64,000 nucleotides of DNA, taken from assembly GCA_035221665.1 (NCBI GenBank), contig CM069163.1, positions 23,002,001-23,066,000 on the forward strand, written 5' to 3'. Origin of the DNA: Okamejei kenojei. Its lineage: Eukaryota. A model generated the notes under the pieces. That model was given only the letters and a program-made list of their open reading frames with translations, made no database searches and was not told the DNA's origin. Below, piece by piece: positions 40,001-52,695 of the stretch (position 1 is the first letter of the stretch; each line of letters starts with the position of its first letter). Position numbers and translations under genes: made by a program.

Positions 40001-43000
40001 TTCCTCTATCACTGCATTGTATGAAGCTATTTATGGTAAATTACTCAAGAATATTAAGGTAGACATGCACAGATGGGATATTCTCCCTTTATCTTTAATT
40101 GGTAGAGTGGAAGTTGTTCGAATTAACATTTTGCCCCGACTGCTTTTCTTATTTCAATCTTTACCAGGAGGGGTCCCTGGCGCGGTATTCAAGGCGTTAG
40201 ACAAAGAGTTAACAAGATTTGTGGGACAAAATAAGAGACCCAGAGTCAGACTGAAGACACTGTTGTTATTAAAACAAAAAGGGGCCTAAATATGCCCGAC
40301 TTTAAATATTATTATTGGGCAGCGCAGCTGAAAACCTTGATAGCATGGTTAACGAACGATGAGGAAACGGGATGGTTGAAAATAGAACAAAATGCATGTC
40401 CTAGTATTGCCCTGGCTGGGCTCCCATTTCTAACTCAAGTAAATTGGAGGAAATTAAAAGTAGATAACGATTGGATTAAATTCATGATGAAAACGTGGTT
40501 AGCTATAAGATATCTAGAGCAATGAAGATAGCTGCTAGTCCCAATTTTATACCCAGCAAAATTGATAAGGGATTTAGAAACTGGGCAGATAAAGGGCTTA
40601 TTACTGTGGACCAGCATTTTTGTGGGGGAGTCTTGAAATCGTACGAGCACTTGCAGAATGAATTTGGACTGTCAGGGTCAGATTTCTTTAGGTTCCTCCA
40701 AATACGGCACTACTTACAGACACATGTAGATTGGGAGCAGATATGTAGATTACCATCAAATTTGGAAAATAGTTTCTTGATGACTATAGAAGGAGTGTTA
40801 TAAAATAATTTGATATCCCATTTATATCAAGGACTTCAAGACTATATAAAAGGAAATACTATAGAAACAAAACAGAAATGGGAATTGGAAATGAACATTA
40901 TTATTACAGATGAAACATGGGAAAGGACATGTCTCTTGGGCCATAAGCTGACAAGCAACCCCTCTTGGAGGGAGTTCGACTGGAAAATTAAAATGAGGGT
41001 ATTTAGGACCCCTTTAGTGTTGGCAAAATACAGTAACACCTCAAATTTATGCTGGAGACAATGTGGGAAAATCGGTGATCACACACATATTTTTTGGGAT
41101 TGTCCCAAATTGTACCAATAGTGGAGAGACATCCAGGTAGAGATTAAATTAATTCTGGGAGTGGATCTACCTTTGTAACCGACTTGTTTTGTATTAGGAG
41201 ATACTCCAGCAGCAACAGATATTCAAAATCAGAAATATTTGCTTGGGGTGATGCTGTTGATTTCTAAAAAGATGATAACAGTGCTGTGGAGAAAGGAAAT
41301 GCCACCAAATGTTCAACAGTGGAGGGAAAGATTGAAAAAATGTATACTTGATGGAAAGTATAACTGCTAAACTCCAGTTGAGGACCGATGCCTTTAATAT
41401 TACATGGAAACTGATACTTTTACAAATGCCAAGATTGATTAAGGATATGAATGGATGAGCTTGCTATGGTGCCTGTGAATAAGATGCTTCTATGATAGAA
41501 TGTTAAGAGGATCCGATGTGATGCAAATAGAGGTTAGGTCATTTGTATTTTGTCATTTTGCGATTGTCTTTTGTGTGTATCTTCGTTTTGCCTGTATGTG
41601 TATTTTGTTATGTCAATAAATGTGGAGTTCAAAAAAAAAGAAAAGAACCAGTTAATCAATTATCCCATTCGGACAAAATAGTGTACAAATGTTCATCACA
41701 ACACCGCCAAGTGGTTGTTCGTGTATTACTTTAATTTTGACTCATTCACGTGTGTCCAATCTTTCACCTTATTCTTTGTAGTATATGCATGTCCCTCCTC
41801 ATGACTCTCTTTGGTCAGTGCACTATCCCTCTCTGACCCCATATTTCGCTACACATAGTCTTATCTTTAAATACATTGAGCAAAATTCTCACACCACCAT
41901 TGTATGTGGAAACTTACTTTGAGTTTGTATCCAGACAGGGTGAGCATTCTCCGATGTGGGAAGCTGAGAATCTTTGGAGCTTTAGTTAGATCCTGAATAC
42001 GCACAACCTGGGGGACTAGAGTTAGAGGGAATATCAAAATCACACAATTAAAAAGCAATACAGTCTCTGTCATTTAATAATCCACACTTGTCAAGTTCAG
42101 TTGCCTACACTGGGCAAAGAGTGTTGATCAACTAGTATTGGCAGTGATTTCAAGGACGATGCTGTTGCTGTTAAGGCATTGAGCAAGATAATCCTGATAG
42201 CTTCATGGGTTTCTTGTTGCTGATTTGATGTCTATTAACTTCAGCTAGTCAGATTTCTGAGCAATTTCGATCAGCACTTCTGATTGCTCATTGGTGACCA
42301 CAGTTTATAGTTACACTGACTTTAATGCAGTGAAACAGGCCCATGCACTTCACAGACTTAAAGAAACATCATAAGGAAGACGAGAGAGGCAGAAATGCAA
42401 GGGATAATTCCAGAGGTAATGCTGAAGGCACAGCTACCTGTGCTGGACTAATTAAAGTGCTGCATGTGTAAGAGGTTCAGATTGGGTCAACTGAATGGAG
42501 GCAAGAGCAAAGAAGACATCAGGGATGGGAAGGTTTTAAACAAACTTCCACATCCTCTCTCTCTTTTCCGATTAATTCTTCATAGAGTAGGTTCTAACAG
42601 AAAAAAGTTCCTCATTCTGCTAATTGGACGTATAAATCAGAAGGCATCACTTTGTAAAAATATCACCTATACAGACAGAAATGATAATGGCTGTAGAATG
42701 TAGTATTAACATGATGTTCCATATAAAACTGTGAAAGACTGCCAGTCCCTAAAGTGGGTGTTTATTCACTGAAATCTTCACTGAATAATTTGTGCTGGAG
42801 ATGAACTACTTATAGGCTGGGTAAAGATCAACATACAACTCATACTCAATATACAGATGTTTATTGGTGTATTTTGTTTCTTTAAGTGAAGGCAGTAAAA
42901 TAGACATAAATCTTCAGTTGAATGAATTTTAAAAACATTTTTATAATCAGAAAGTGTGAGAGCTGAAGTCCACAACACTGACCATACATTGGATCCAGTA

Positions 43001-46000
43001 CTAAAGTATATGGAACTGATGCACTGAAATTCTGAGAACCATGTGCTGCAAACTGTATCTTCCCCTTTCCACTATCTACTGTACTCAAGATGTAATTGTT
43101 TGAATGTATGTATGGTACTGTATGTCTGATCTGTTTGAATTGCATGGAAAACATAGCTTTTCATTGTACTTCAATTCTCATTTACACTTTTATTGTACAT
43201 GACAATAAAAAACCTAAACCTAAAACTTGCTTCCAAGTTACCTGACCCAAACCTGACAGGTTCCAACTATTGTCAAGTTTGGGATTTCTGTACTGGCCAG
43301 GGGAGGTCAAATTTTATATTTTATACCCAAGTTGATCTCAAATACCTGTGGCATCATAAATCATAACTCGTACAGGGAAGGCTGAATTAGAAAGTTTTTT
43401 TGGGTCCAACATTAAACATACACTTGCTGAATCTTACCTGGCTTGCTGATGGTAATGGGCAGGCTGTAGTTAAATGTGCTGCGCTTTGCCTTCACTGGCA
43501 TGTCAGAGGGCATATAACCTGTAAGTAAAATACAATTATGTCTGTATCCTCATTGACACTTAACAGTGATATTTCCATTTACTGGTTCTTTATAGGTTTT
43601 TGTAGACTCAGGAACAGATACTTTCCCTCTGTTATCAGACTACTGAATGGTTCTCCCATAAGCTAGGGTTGCAGTACAAATCTTCCAACCCACCTCAATG
43701 CGGACACTGGACTTTTTCCTCTGTAACTGTAACACTACAATGCTGAAAACTATATTCTGCACTTTTCCTTTGCTCTAATGCCATCCTTTTTGTATGACTG
43801 GATTGTATCCGATCTAACTCGGTAGCACGCAAAAATAAAAACTTTTCATTGTATCGCGGTACACGTGACAATAATAAACCAGTACCATTCAGGAGCGGGT
43901 ATCTTTCCTGAGCAATAATGCTGTGCAGGGAGTTGAACACAAAACATTCCCAGGAATGCTGCACCAACAGAGGAGGAATACTGAGAGAGTGCCTCAGCGA
44001 CAGGGGATACAGTTTTCAAATAAGGTGTCAAATAAGGTGTCAAATCAGGGACTTGGCTGTCCTCCCAGCTCAATAGAGAAGATCCCACAACATCACTTCA
44101 GTGACTGCATTCATCCATTCCAGGAAACATCCTGGTGAATGAGTTGTTTCACCAGGAAGTTGCCTGGAAAGGATGAATGCAGTTACGAGGAGACTGGTTA
44201 GGCTGGGTAAATTCTGTTCGATGAGACAACAACTAGGGAATTATCTGATTGAGATATACAAAATATTGAAGATACTGATGGATAAATACAGAGAAATATT
44301 TTCGCTTAGCAGTGATATCCATGACAAAAGCATAAGTTAAAGGGCAAGTGATAGTAGACACAAGGAACTGCAGATGCTGGTTAACAGAAAACTGCTGGAG
44401 TAGCATCTCTGGAGAACATGGATAGGTAGCGTTTTGGGTCGGGACCCTTCTTCGGACTCCAAGAGATAGGAGATTTAAGGAAGAATATTTTCCATCCTAA
44501 ATTGTTTGAAATCTGACTATGAACATGAAAGATTTCCCAAGCAGCCTAGACCATCTTTATGCCTCAATAAACACTGAAATAAAAGATCTGTTGCTTTTTA
44601 TCACATTGTCATCTTGGTAGTCTGCTGGACGCAATATTCCTTCAAGATGTTGCCATAGGTTCACTCACATCCGCAAAGCCAGATGGGAGTTCAGCTTAGC
44701 ATCTAATATAAAAGATGGCAGCTGATAATGTAGCAGCCCCCCAATACTACACTCGGAGATCAAATGAACAGAGAAGAGAAAATGTAGATAGAAAATACAT
44801 ACATTCCTTTCCTTGTATTACATGCATATTTTTTGGTTTTTAAGCACAGAGTGCAATCAGTTTCTCCTTCCATCAGTTACCATGTTTGGTGCTGCAACGA
44901 AGTCTGAAATCCAACACCTGATAAATCTTTGCCTTGGGATCTTTCCTTGGGTCATATCCGAACCTCACCCAGAGACTTCGCCAGGGACCTGTAAGCTGTG
45001 AAAAAGAGCGGACAAGCATGAGGTAATGCATTTTGGAAGATCAAATCTTTCGTGGGACATACCAAGTAAACGGCAATGGCTTTAGGAGCATGGATGTACA
45101 GAGACTGGAGTGCAAGTTCATAAATGAAAATGGTGATATGAGTGAATAGTGTGATGAAAAAGGCATTTGGTGTGCTTGCCTTCATAGGCTGGGGACATGT
45201 TGCTGTTGTACAAAGTATTGGTCAGACAAGTACACTGTGTACAGTTCTGGTCACCATACGATATGGAGGATATGGTAGCAATAGAAAGTGTGCAGAAGAG
45301 ATTCACCAGGACGTTGTTTAGAATGGTGAGTTGTAGTTATAAGAGATTGAATAGGTTAGCTTTATACACATTGTAAGGTAGTAGGTTGAGAGTAGACCTT
45401 AGAGGTTTATAAGAATGTGAAGGGCACAGACAGTCTGTTGCTTTTTTCCAGGTCAGAGAAGCTCAGATTTAGAGGACATGGGTTTAAGGTGAAAGGGGAG
45501 AAATTTAAAAGACATCTTCTTCTTCTTGCACAGCCTAAAGTTGTCGGACAACTTGTTCTATTTGATCTATTTGTTTGTGCACGTCGGGTTGATTGCATTA
45601 GTCGAAACAGGGTGGACCATGTGAAGGTTGCAATCTCGCACCCCAAAGGACATCTGAGGGGTAGGCTTTTCACATAGAGGGCAGTGAATATCTGAAACAT
45701 CTGCCAAGAAGTGGTGGTGGAGGAAGATACAATTACAATGTTTAAAAGGGGTACAGGCATGTACTCGGATAGGAAAGGCATAGAAGGATAGTGGCCTAAT
45801 GCAGGCAAATGGGATTAGCATAGATGGACATCAAGGACAGTCGGCATGGGTGAGGTGGGCTGAAAGGCCTGATGGTGTGCTGTATGATGCTTTGTCGAGC
45901 ACCCTCTGTGACTCACCATATAATAGGCTACAAAAGGCAGCAGCAGCTTCAGCTTCTCTGGATGCACATTAATATTTGACTTAACTGCATTTCTGGACCA

Positions 46001-49000
46001 AACGGGCCGGATTGCAAAGATCTGAGGAGACAGATAACAGATCTGCACAATGAGATGCCAAGTTCCACCATTCACAAGTACAAGGCCGCATCTCACACAA
46101 CTCACAACAATGTACATGCAATACTATGTTTGTTGATGGAAATAGCCCATCAACACAGGGCAGCACCATCAAAAATACCGGAAACTGAAACAGAGAATAC
46201 TAGAAGCCCTCAGAAGGTTAAGTAACGTATGTGGAAAAGGAAACAGAATTATGTTTCAGGTTTAAGATTCTTCTAATAATCTGAAATATTAATTTTGTTT
46301 CATTTTCAACAGACACAGCTTGACCTGTTGAATATTTCCGGCAGTTTCTATTATTTATACTGTATCACTGCACTACTAAAAAAATTGAAAATGATGACAG
46401 TCTTTCACGAACTCATGACCTCTCAAATCACTTTACAACCAACAAAGCATTTTGAAGTGTTGACAGCTTGTAATATGGGAAATTGCTGCAGCTAATTTGT
46501 CTTACAAACACCAATGTAATAATTCCACCACTAAGAATATTTACCACCCCACCAGGAAGGATTTATCTGCTGTTTATTGAAAGGTTAACTTCAATATAGA
46601 TCTAAATAAGCAACGTTCAAGCACTTTAATTGAAAAATGAACACCAGTACTGCTCACCCCTTTCAGTTCTTCTTCAACTTTCCGGTCTGCTGCCTGAGTG
46701 TTAAATTTGCTCCAGTTCAGAACGGCAGCTTCAAGTGGCTGGGATGGGACCTCAGCATCGTCAAAGTTTACAAATATGGCGTTGTGGGGACGGCGCGCTC
46801 GTCCCAGACCAATCAGATTCTCGTTGGACAGTTTGGGAGGCTGATAGCCTTCCCTGAGAAACAGACAAAATAATTGCCAATGAGTTTTGTTCTCAAAAAT
46901 CACATCCAATATATCTTCCACTGTTCTGCCACAAATCCAAGAATGAAACCATTCGTAGGATGAGAGATCAAAAATTAAATTAGAATGGATTTGTGACCAA
47001 TCATTGGGAAAAGTAACAGGAATTTCTCAACATCAGTTTGTAATTTTAGAGTTTGTGAAATAATTGGTATCCACTAACAGAATGCGAAAGAGTTTGCATT
47101 ATCGTTATATTTTTTGTAACCTTGGGATATCACAAGCACCTTGCAATTAAGTAGGAATTAAGCAGGAATTGGGAGGAGGGGGCGATGAAAATATATTGAT
47201 GGGACTTGGCTTCATTGTTAGAGCTTTGAAGAGTGATATGGACATAAAATGCTGGAGTAACTCAGCAGGACAGGCAGTATCTCTGGAGAGAAGGAATAGG
47301 TGACGTTTCGGGTTAAGACCCTTCAGACTGGTCTCAGAAGGGCGCTGTCCCGAAGCTATGAAATCCTGCTGAGTTACTCCAGCATTTTGTGTCCATCTTT
47401 GATTTAAACCAGCATCTGCAGTTCTTTCCTACACATCTTGAAGAGTGTTAGTTGTCTTTGATTGAAAGATATATACTGAGAGGTCTTGTCAGGGTGGATG
47501 TGAAGGGGAAGCTGCTTCTTGTGAGAGAATCTAGAATCAGAAGTCTGTGTTTACCAGTAAGAGGTTGCCTCTTTGGACAAAGAAGGAAAGATTTCCTTAT
47601 CTCAGAGGGCCTTGACTCTTTGGTCTCTCTGACTAAAGAAAATTCTCCTCATCTCCTTCCTAAAATAACGTCCTTTAATTCGAAGGTCATGACCCCTAGT
47701 CCCAGACTCTCCCACTAGTGGAAACATTCTCTCCACATCCACTCTATCCAAGCCTTTCACTGTTCTGCAAATTTCAATAAGGTCCCCCCATGAAGAGAAT
47801 GTTTAGTGAGATTACAGACAGATCAGTTGTAAACAAGGGGTCACAGTTTAAGGATAAGGGGGAAGTCTTTTAGGACCGAGATGAGAAAATCGTTTTTCAC
47901 ACAGAGAGTGGTGAATCTGTGGAATTCTCTGCCACAGAAGGTAGTTGAGGCCAGTTCATTGGCCATATTTAAGAGGGAGTTGGATGTGGCCCTTGTGGCT
48001 GAAGGGATCAGGGGGTATGGAGAGAAGGCAGGTACAGGATACTGAGTTGGATGATCAGCCATGATCATATTGAATGGCGGTGCAGGCTCGAAGGGCCGAA
48101 TGGCCTGCACCTGCACCTAATTTCTATGTTTCTATGTTTTCTATGTTAAAGCAGGTTGAGAACCAAAGGGGCTTGTCCTGCTCCTAATTTATAAAGGGTA
48201 GTCATAATTAATGCACTCTGAAGTTCAAGAAAAATCTTTCCTAAAGAATGGTGAGAAAGTAAAACCTACTAGTGCATGGATTTGAAGCGAAGGTAAGGAA
48301 GAAGAAATGATGAATAGGAGACTGGAGAACTAAGGTTGGTTAAAAGGAGATGGAAACATTAAAACTGATAAGACCCAATGAATCAAAAGCATCATTTCTG
48401 TTCAATGCTGCCAATACCCTTTCACATTGGTCAAACGTGCTGACCTGTGCTGAACCTCTGGTCGATAGAAGTAATCCACAGGGTTATCCACTCGGGAAAA
48501 TATTGGAGGAGGAATATACAGCGGCAGCTCCTGATCAAAAAACTCCTTGTGTTCAGGCTTGCGGAGAATAACTTTGTCGTACATGGACATTTGTGAGCCT
48601 GCTGATGCATTGTGCATGGCAAGAAACTGGAAATCAGACATTCCTGTAAGACACAATCAGGAGACTCACCAGGCAATGAACCTGTAACAGCACAGCACAA
48701 GAACGGGTCCTTCAGCCCACAATAATTGTACTGAACATGATGCCAAAACCAACTCTGACACATTCCCTCCTCTTCTCCAATTCCCGAACAAAACTCCTGA
48801 ACATTACTGGCCGAATTGAATTGAATATGACATGAATTGAATTCATTTTCCCATTTCTTCTGGAGACAAACAGCTGAATTATACACAATCCAATGATATG
48901 TTACCCTGAAATTTGTAAGTGGTCCCGATAATGCCAAGAATTTCCATTTCATATTTAATCTCTTCTTCACATTCTCCTTCCTTTGGAGGTGTCTCTGCTC

Positions 49001-50759
49001 TGATTTTCTTCTTTTTCCTCTTGACCCGGAGTAGCATGTTGGTTGAGGGGAACCGGTTACCACACACAGGGTGGCAGTAAGGATCCTTTGGACGGAAGTG
49101 TAGTTCAAGTCTCCTGCTCGGATCAGCGTAAATCTATTCCAAAATAAACAGATTTTAAAGAATTATTATCATAAGCACCAGTTGGCCCTTCAGTAGATCG
49201 ATTATTTGAAAAATCAGAGGACAAGGTTTAGTGTAGCAGATGCTTTGCTCAATGTCAATTTGCTCAAACCTAAGCAAATATGTATACACTCCTGTGTTCT
49301 GTGGGATGATTTAGGGCTCATTTGAGATGGCAGATGCGCCAGCAATTAAAGAAAAACACATCTGGAATTCAATTTCCAATGTGCAACTCTCCCAGTAGGC
49401 AGACTAGATCTTTGCACTCAAATCAATGGATGCGATTTGAATGGCAAACATAACTCTAAAAGAGCCCCACCAGCGAGCCAAGTAACCTTGTCCCTAATTT
49501 CAGCACAGCAAGTGAAGGCAACTTTGTTTCACCTGTAAAACACAAAATGCTAGCGTAACAGCGGGTAAGACATCATCTATGGAGGACGTGGACAGGTGAT
49601 GTTTTCAGTCGGGATACTTCAGATTTCCGATCTGAGAGTGGAGCACAACTTCTTCACAGTAGGCATACTTTTAGAAGATTTAGAAGTGGAACAGTAAAAT
49701 GGAAACACAAGGAACTACAGATGCTGGAATCTTATATAGAACACAAAGTGATGGAATAACTCAGCGGGTCAGGCAGCACCTCTGGAGATTATGGAAAGCA
49801 TTTTGTTTTCTACAGATGCAATGTAGAAAGCATTTTCTCTTCGATAGATGCACTACAGAAGGCATTTTATCAGGATGTATCACAGCATGGTTCGGGAACA
49901 GCTCCATCCAAGACCGCAAAAAAATTGCAGAGCGTTGTGGACTCCAACTGCACTTCACGCTGCCTCGGCAAGGCCACCAGCATTATCAAGGACCAATCTC
50001 ACTCCGATCACTCCCTCTTCTCCCCTCTCCCATCAGGCAAGAGTACAGAAGTTTGGAAACACATACCTCCAGATTCAGGGACAGTTTATTCCCAGCTGTT
50101 ATCAGGCAGCCCCTCACACCAGCAAGAGTACAGTCTTGACCTCCCATCTACCGTTTTGGAGACCTTTGAACTATCTTTAATTAGACTTTATCTTGCACTA
50201 AATGTTGTACCCGTTTTCCTTTATTTGTACACGGAGGACGGCTTGATTGTTACCATGTATAAACTTTTCTTTGATTGGATAATACGCAACAACAAAAAAC
50301 TTTTCACTGTACCTCGGTACACGTGATAATAATAAACTAAACTAAGGGTCTCGACCCGACTAAGGGTCACCCATCCCTTTTCTCCAGAGATGCTGCTTGA
50401 CCCACTAAGTTGCTCCAGATCTCCGTGTTTAACTTCAGATTCGAGCATCTGCAGTTCTTTGCGCCTCCTTGTTGTGGCGAGAACCCGCAGGTTGGAGGGA
50501 GAGGTTAAGGCCACTCCTGGGGTTGAGTGGAGAAGGCCGGAGCGCCCCGACTCACCCGGGAGACCCCCTCCTCTCCGCCCAGCGTCTCCAGCATCTTCAG
50601 CGGGTCGCGGACCACCCCGGGGTACTCGGCGCACACCAGTCGCTTCTCGGCGTCAAAGTGCACTTTCACCGCCGTGGTCTGCAAACCGGCAAACTTGGCG
50701 GCGGAGCCCTGCTCCGGTGTGAGCTTCAGCACAGGCTCCGTCTCCATGACGGCCGCCAT
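34097..50759 (-). CDS. GTF3C5: General transcription factor IIIC subunit 5 (TFIIIC63), complete 11-exon CDS
   Basis: Minus-strand exons: 50759-50556 (RLVCAEYPGVVRD), 49133-48905 (RLELHFRPKDPYCHPVC), 48643-48445 (GMSDFQF...PPPIFSR), 46853-46658, 46021-45917 (IRPVWSRNAV), 44995-44881 (TGPWRSLWVRFGYDPR), 43518-43438, 42015-41918, 36738-36656 (LPPYRQMFYQLCDL), 35885-35743 (ERDGWCLPKTSD), 34248-34097 (acidic tail, ENEMETEILDYI*). All junctions are GT-AG. Confidence 0.96.
36130..36420 (+). mobile_element. tRNA-derived SINE
   Basis: ggtggcacagcggtagagttgctgcctcacagcgcc...gttcgatcc head; (ctaaa)n tail. Confidence 0.8.
36949..41639 (+). mobile_element. 5'-truncated, degenerate L1-clade LINE (APE + RT + C-terminal Zn finger), antisense in GTF3C5 intron 8
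   Basis: ORF2 fragments from ~37676: SYNV..., NIYAP, GGDFN, SRID, SDHAP, KSPGTDG, YRPISLL, QTGFIPGR, SLDAQKAFDRV, LFADD, FRYLG, CWRQC..H..HIFWDCP. AATAAA at 41615 then a poly-A tail. 12-bp TSD GAAAAGAACCAG at 36937-36948 and 41640-41651. Confidence 0.92.
45020..45890 (+). mobile_element. CR1 LINE 3' fragment containing a nested short SINE
   Basis: Degenerate CR1 RT C-terminus (FRGHGFKVKG) interrupted at ~45515-45645. Confidence 0.75.
47836..48147 (+). mobile_element. CR1 3' end
   Basis: Highly similar to 6997-7293; ends in tttctatg repeats. Confidence 0.85.
49830..50340 (+). mobile_element. Rex1/Babar-type LINE 3' end
   Basis: RCTTEGILSGCITAWFGN, KATSIIKDQSHSDHSLFSPLPSGK, RFRDSLFPAVIR; ends with an aataaactaaactaa tail. 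Confidence 0.75.
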
Positions 50760-50864
50760 GGCAGCATCTGGGCCCACGCCTAACTACGTCCGGCCTACAA
50801 CTAGGGGGAACAAACGGTCACGATGTGGGTTCCGCTTCACATTAACTTATATACTTGGGCTTGA

Positions 50865-50987
50865 GAGTTTCTGGTTAAACTATGGGCAGAGGTGCCTCCA
50901 AAATAGTACTATTCACTGAGGGGCGCAGCCCCGAAGTGAATAGTACTATTTGGAGGCACCGAGGCCCATAGTTTAAACCAGAAACTC
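50865..50987. repeat. Imperfect ~123-bp palindrome (hairpin 1) at the left end of the Crypton-like element
   Basis: gagtttctggttaaactatgggc..ggtgcctccaaaatagtactattcact-ga-ggggc-gca-gcccc-ga-agtgaatagtactatttggaggcacc..gcccatagtttaaaccagaaactc. Confidence 0.92.
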
Positions 50988-51057
50988 GAAATAAGGCCAA
51001 GGATATTTGTTTTATATTTGGGATCAAACATTTACAAGAATAATTGCTTACCTTAAG

Positions 51058-51265
51058 TTGTTTACAAATTTACATCGCGCGCTATACTCCCGAGTGAAGT
51101 AGAGAAATTATACGCAAGCGGGAGAGCGGGAGATTTTCCGAAAATGCCCTTTCAGCAAGATCGCCCGCTGAAAGGGCATTTTCGGAAAATCTCCCGCTCT
51201 CCCGCTTGCGTATAATTTCTCTACTTTACTCGGGAGTATAGCGCGCGATGTAAATTTGTAAACAA
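51058..51265. repeat. Near-perfect palindrome: two 99-bp arms, 10-nt loop (hairpin 2)
   Basis: Arm 51058-51156 is the reverse complement of 51167-51265 with one mismatch; loop is aagatcgccc. Confidence 0.95.
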
Positions 51266-51290
51266 GTTCAATCGTCTGCTCGATACGAAG

Positions 51291-52577
51291 ATGGCGGCGT
51301 CCAGTACTAGGCGATTTGGTCAGTTTACTGACGAAGATTTGGATGACTTTATTACTTCAGTGGATAGTGAAAACACGCAAAAACAAATCAAATATGGAAT
51401 GTCAGTTTTTCGGCAATTTTGTTCGGAGATGGGAGTTAAAATTGAGCAGATTTTAGGCCTCGAAGACCTTGATGGAATCTTGTCACAGTTCTACGCTGGA
51501 GCGCGAAACAAGAAGGGAGAGCTGTACACGAAGAAGTCAATTCAAGCGATTCGGTTTGCGCTTCAACGCCATTTTATGAAAACCAGAGGAGTGGACATTG
51601 TGAAAGCTGAGCAATTTTCTCGTTCTAACAAGATTTTTAAGGCTCTTCTTGTAAAACTGAAGACCAGCGGTAAGGCCAATGTAAAGCATTACCCCCCTAT
51701 CACTAATGATGATATGGCACTTATCCAAGCCAGTCTCAATTTAAACACGGCTGTTGGTCTGCAAAGAAAGGTGTTTCTAGATACAATGATATACTTTGCA
51801 AACCGTGGAATGGAAAATGTGAGACAGATGAAAGGTGAGGATTTTGTTCTTCATGTGGAAGGTGACATTGAATACTACACTCTTCGTGACATGCATACCA
51901 AAAACCATCAAACTGATGAAGAGGAAAGTCAAGGAGGACAAATGCATGCTCTCAAAGGAAACCCAAGGTGCCCTGTTATGAACATGAAAAATTACTTATC
52001 CAAATTAAACCCTCTCTGTGAGTGGATGTGGCAGAGGCCAAAACAGACTGTTTCTGTTAAAGATGGACCGTGGTACGCCAATTCACCTTTGGGGAAATGC
52101 ACTCTCGCTAACATGACAAGTGTCATCTGTGAAGCTGCTGGTTGTTCAAAACATTATACGAATCATTCTTTGCGAGCAACTAGCATCACTTTGCTAGACC
52201 ATGCAGGACATGCATCTAGAGATATTATGTCTGTATCAGGTCACCGTTCTGAGACCTCGATAAAGAATTATGCACGTACCAGTGAGCATACCAAGCGCCA
52301 GATGTCTGACACCCTGTCTGCAATTCATCCTGATCAACCATCAACATCAGATGATAAAGAAAATGCTGGCATTGATGGTGATGGTGCAGATTTTGCGATT
52401 GATCTATCAAACAGTCAACTGAACGTTAAAGAGATTGTCGATCAACATCCACAACTACCACAGTCAGCACAACCACAACCGGAGCGGATTTTTAGAACAA
52501 TGAACATGAACCAGCAAAATCTCCAGCCCCATCAATACCATTTCCATGGCTGCGTTGTAAATTTTTACAACAATTAG
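51291..52577 (+). CDS. Crypton-type (DUF3504-like) tyrosine recombinase, intronless, 428 aa
   Basis: Uninterrupted ORF with a strong Kozak context (aagATGG). Tyrosine-recombinase catalytic set: R172 (FANRGME), K204 (TKNH), H292-x-x-R295 (TNHSLRAT), H318 (SGHRS), Y327. Also RCPV, WY..PLG and a C-terminal F.GC.VN motif typical of CryptonA/KCTD1/ZMYM/QRICH1-type domains. Confidence 0.9.
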   Translation: MAASSTRRFGQFTDEDLDDFITSVDSENTQKQIKYGMSVFRQFCSEMGVKIEQILGLEDLDGILSQFYAGARNKKGELYTKKSIQAIRFALQRHFMKTRGVDIVKAEQFSRSNKIFKALLVKLKTSGKANVKHYPPITNDDMALIQASLNLNTAVGLQRKVFLDTMIYFANRGMENVRQMKGEDFVLHVEGDIEYYTLRDMHTKNHQTDEEESQGGQMHALKGNPRCPVMNMKNYLSKLNPLCEWMWQRPKQTVSVKDGPWYANSPLGKCTLANMTSVICEAAGCSKHYTNHSLRATSITLLDHAGHASRDIMSVSGHRSETSIKNYARTSEHTKRQMSDTLSAIHPDQPSTSDDKENAGIDGDGADFAIDLSNSQLNVKEIVDQHPQLPQSAQPQPERIFRTMNMNQQNLQPHQYHFHGCVVNFYNN

Positions 52578-52695
52578 CCATGCATAACAAAAAACAAACA
52601 GGATGTAAATATTGTAAATAGATGTTGAAACAATGGTTTGACTTTTCAAGAAGTTTTCCCTGACTGTTTATGTTTACACTTGGATTTCATTGAAT

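Noticed and set aside
48431-49108. 225-aa minus-strand ORF
   Set aside because: It is an off-frame read-through of GTF3C5 exons 2-3 and the intron between them
50221-50919. Several overlapping 100-137 aa ORFs on both strands
   Set aside because: They are shadow frames of the GC-rich GTF3C5 exon 1 and adjacent repeats
51291-52577. ORF as KCTD1/ZMYM/QRICH1/KIAA1958 host gene or as bacterial contamination
   Set aside because: No BTB, MYM zinc-finger or other fused domain; catalytic residues and element termini are intact; and it is embedded in continuous vertebrate sequence
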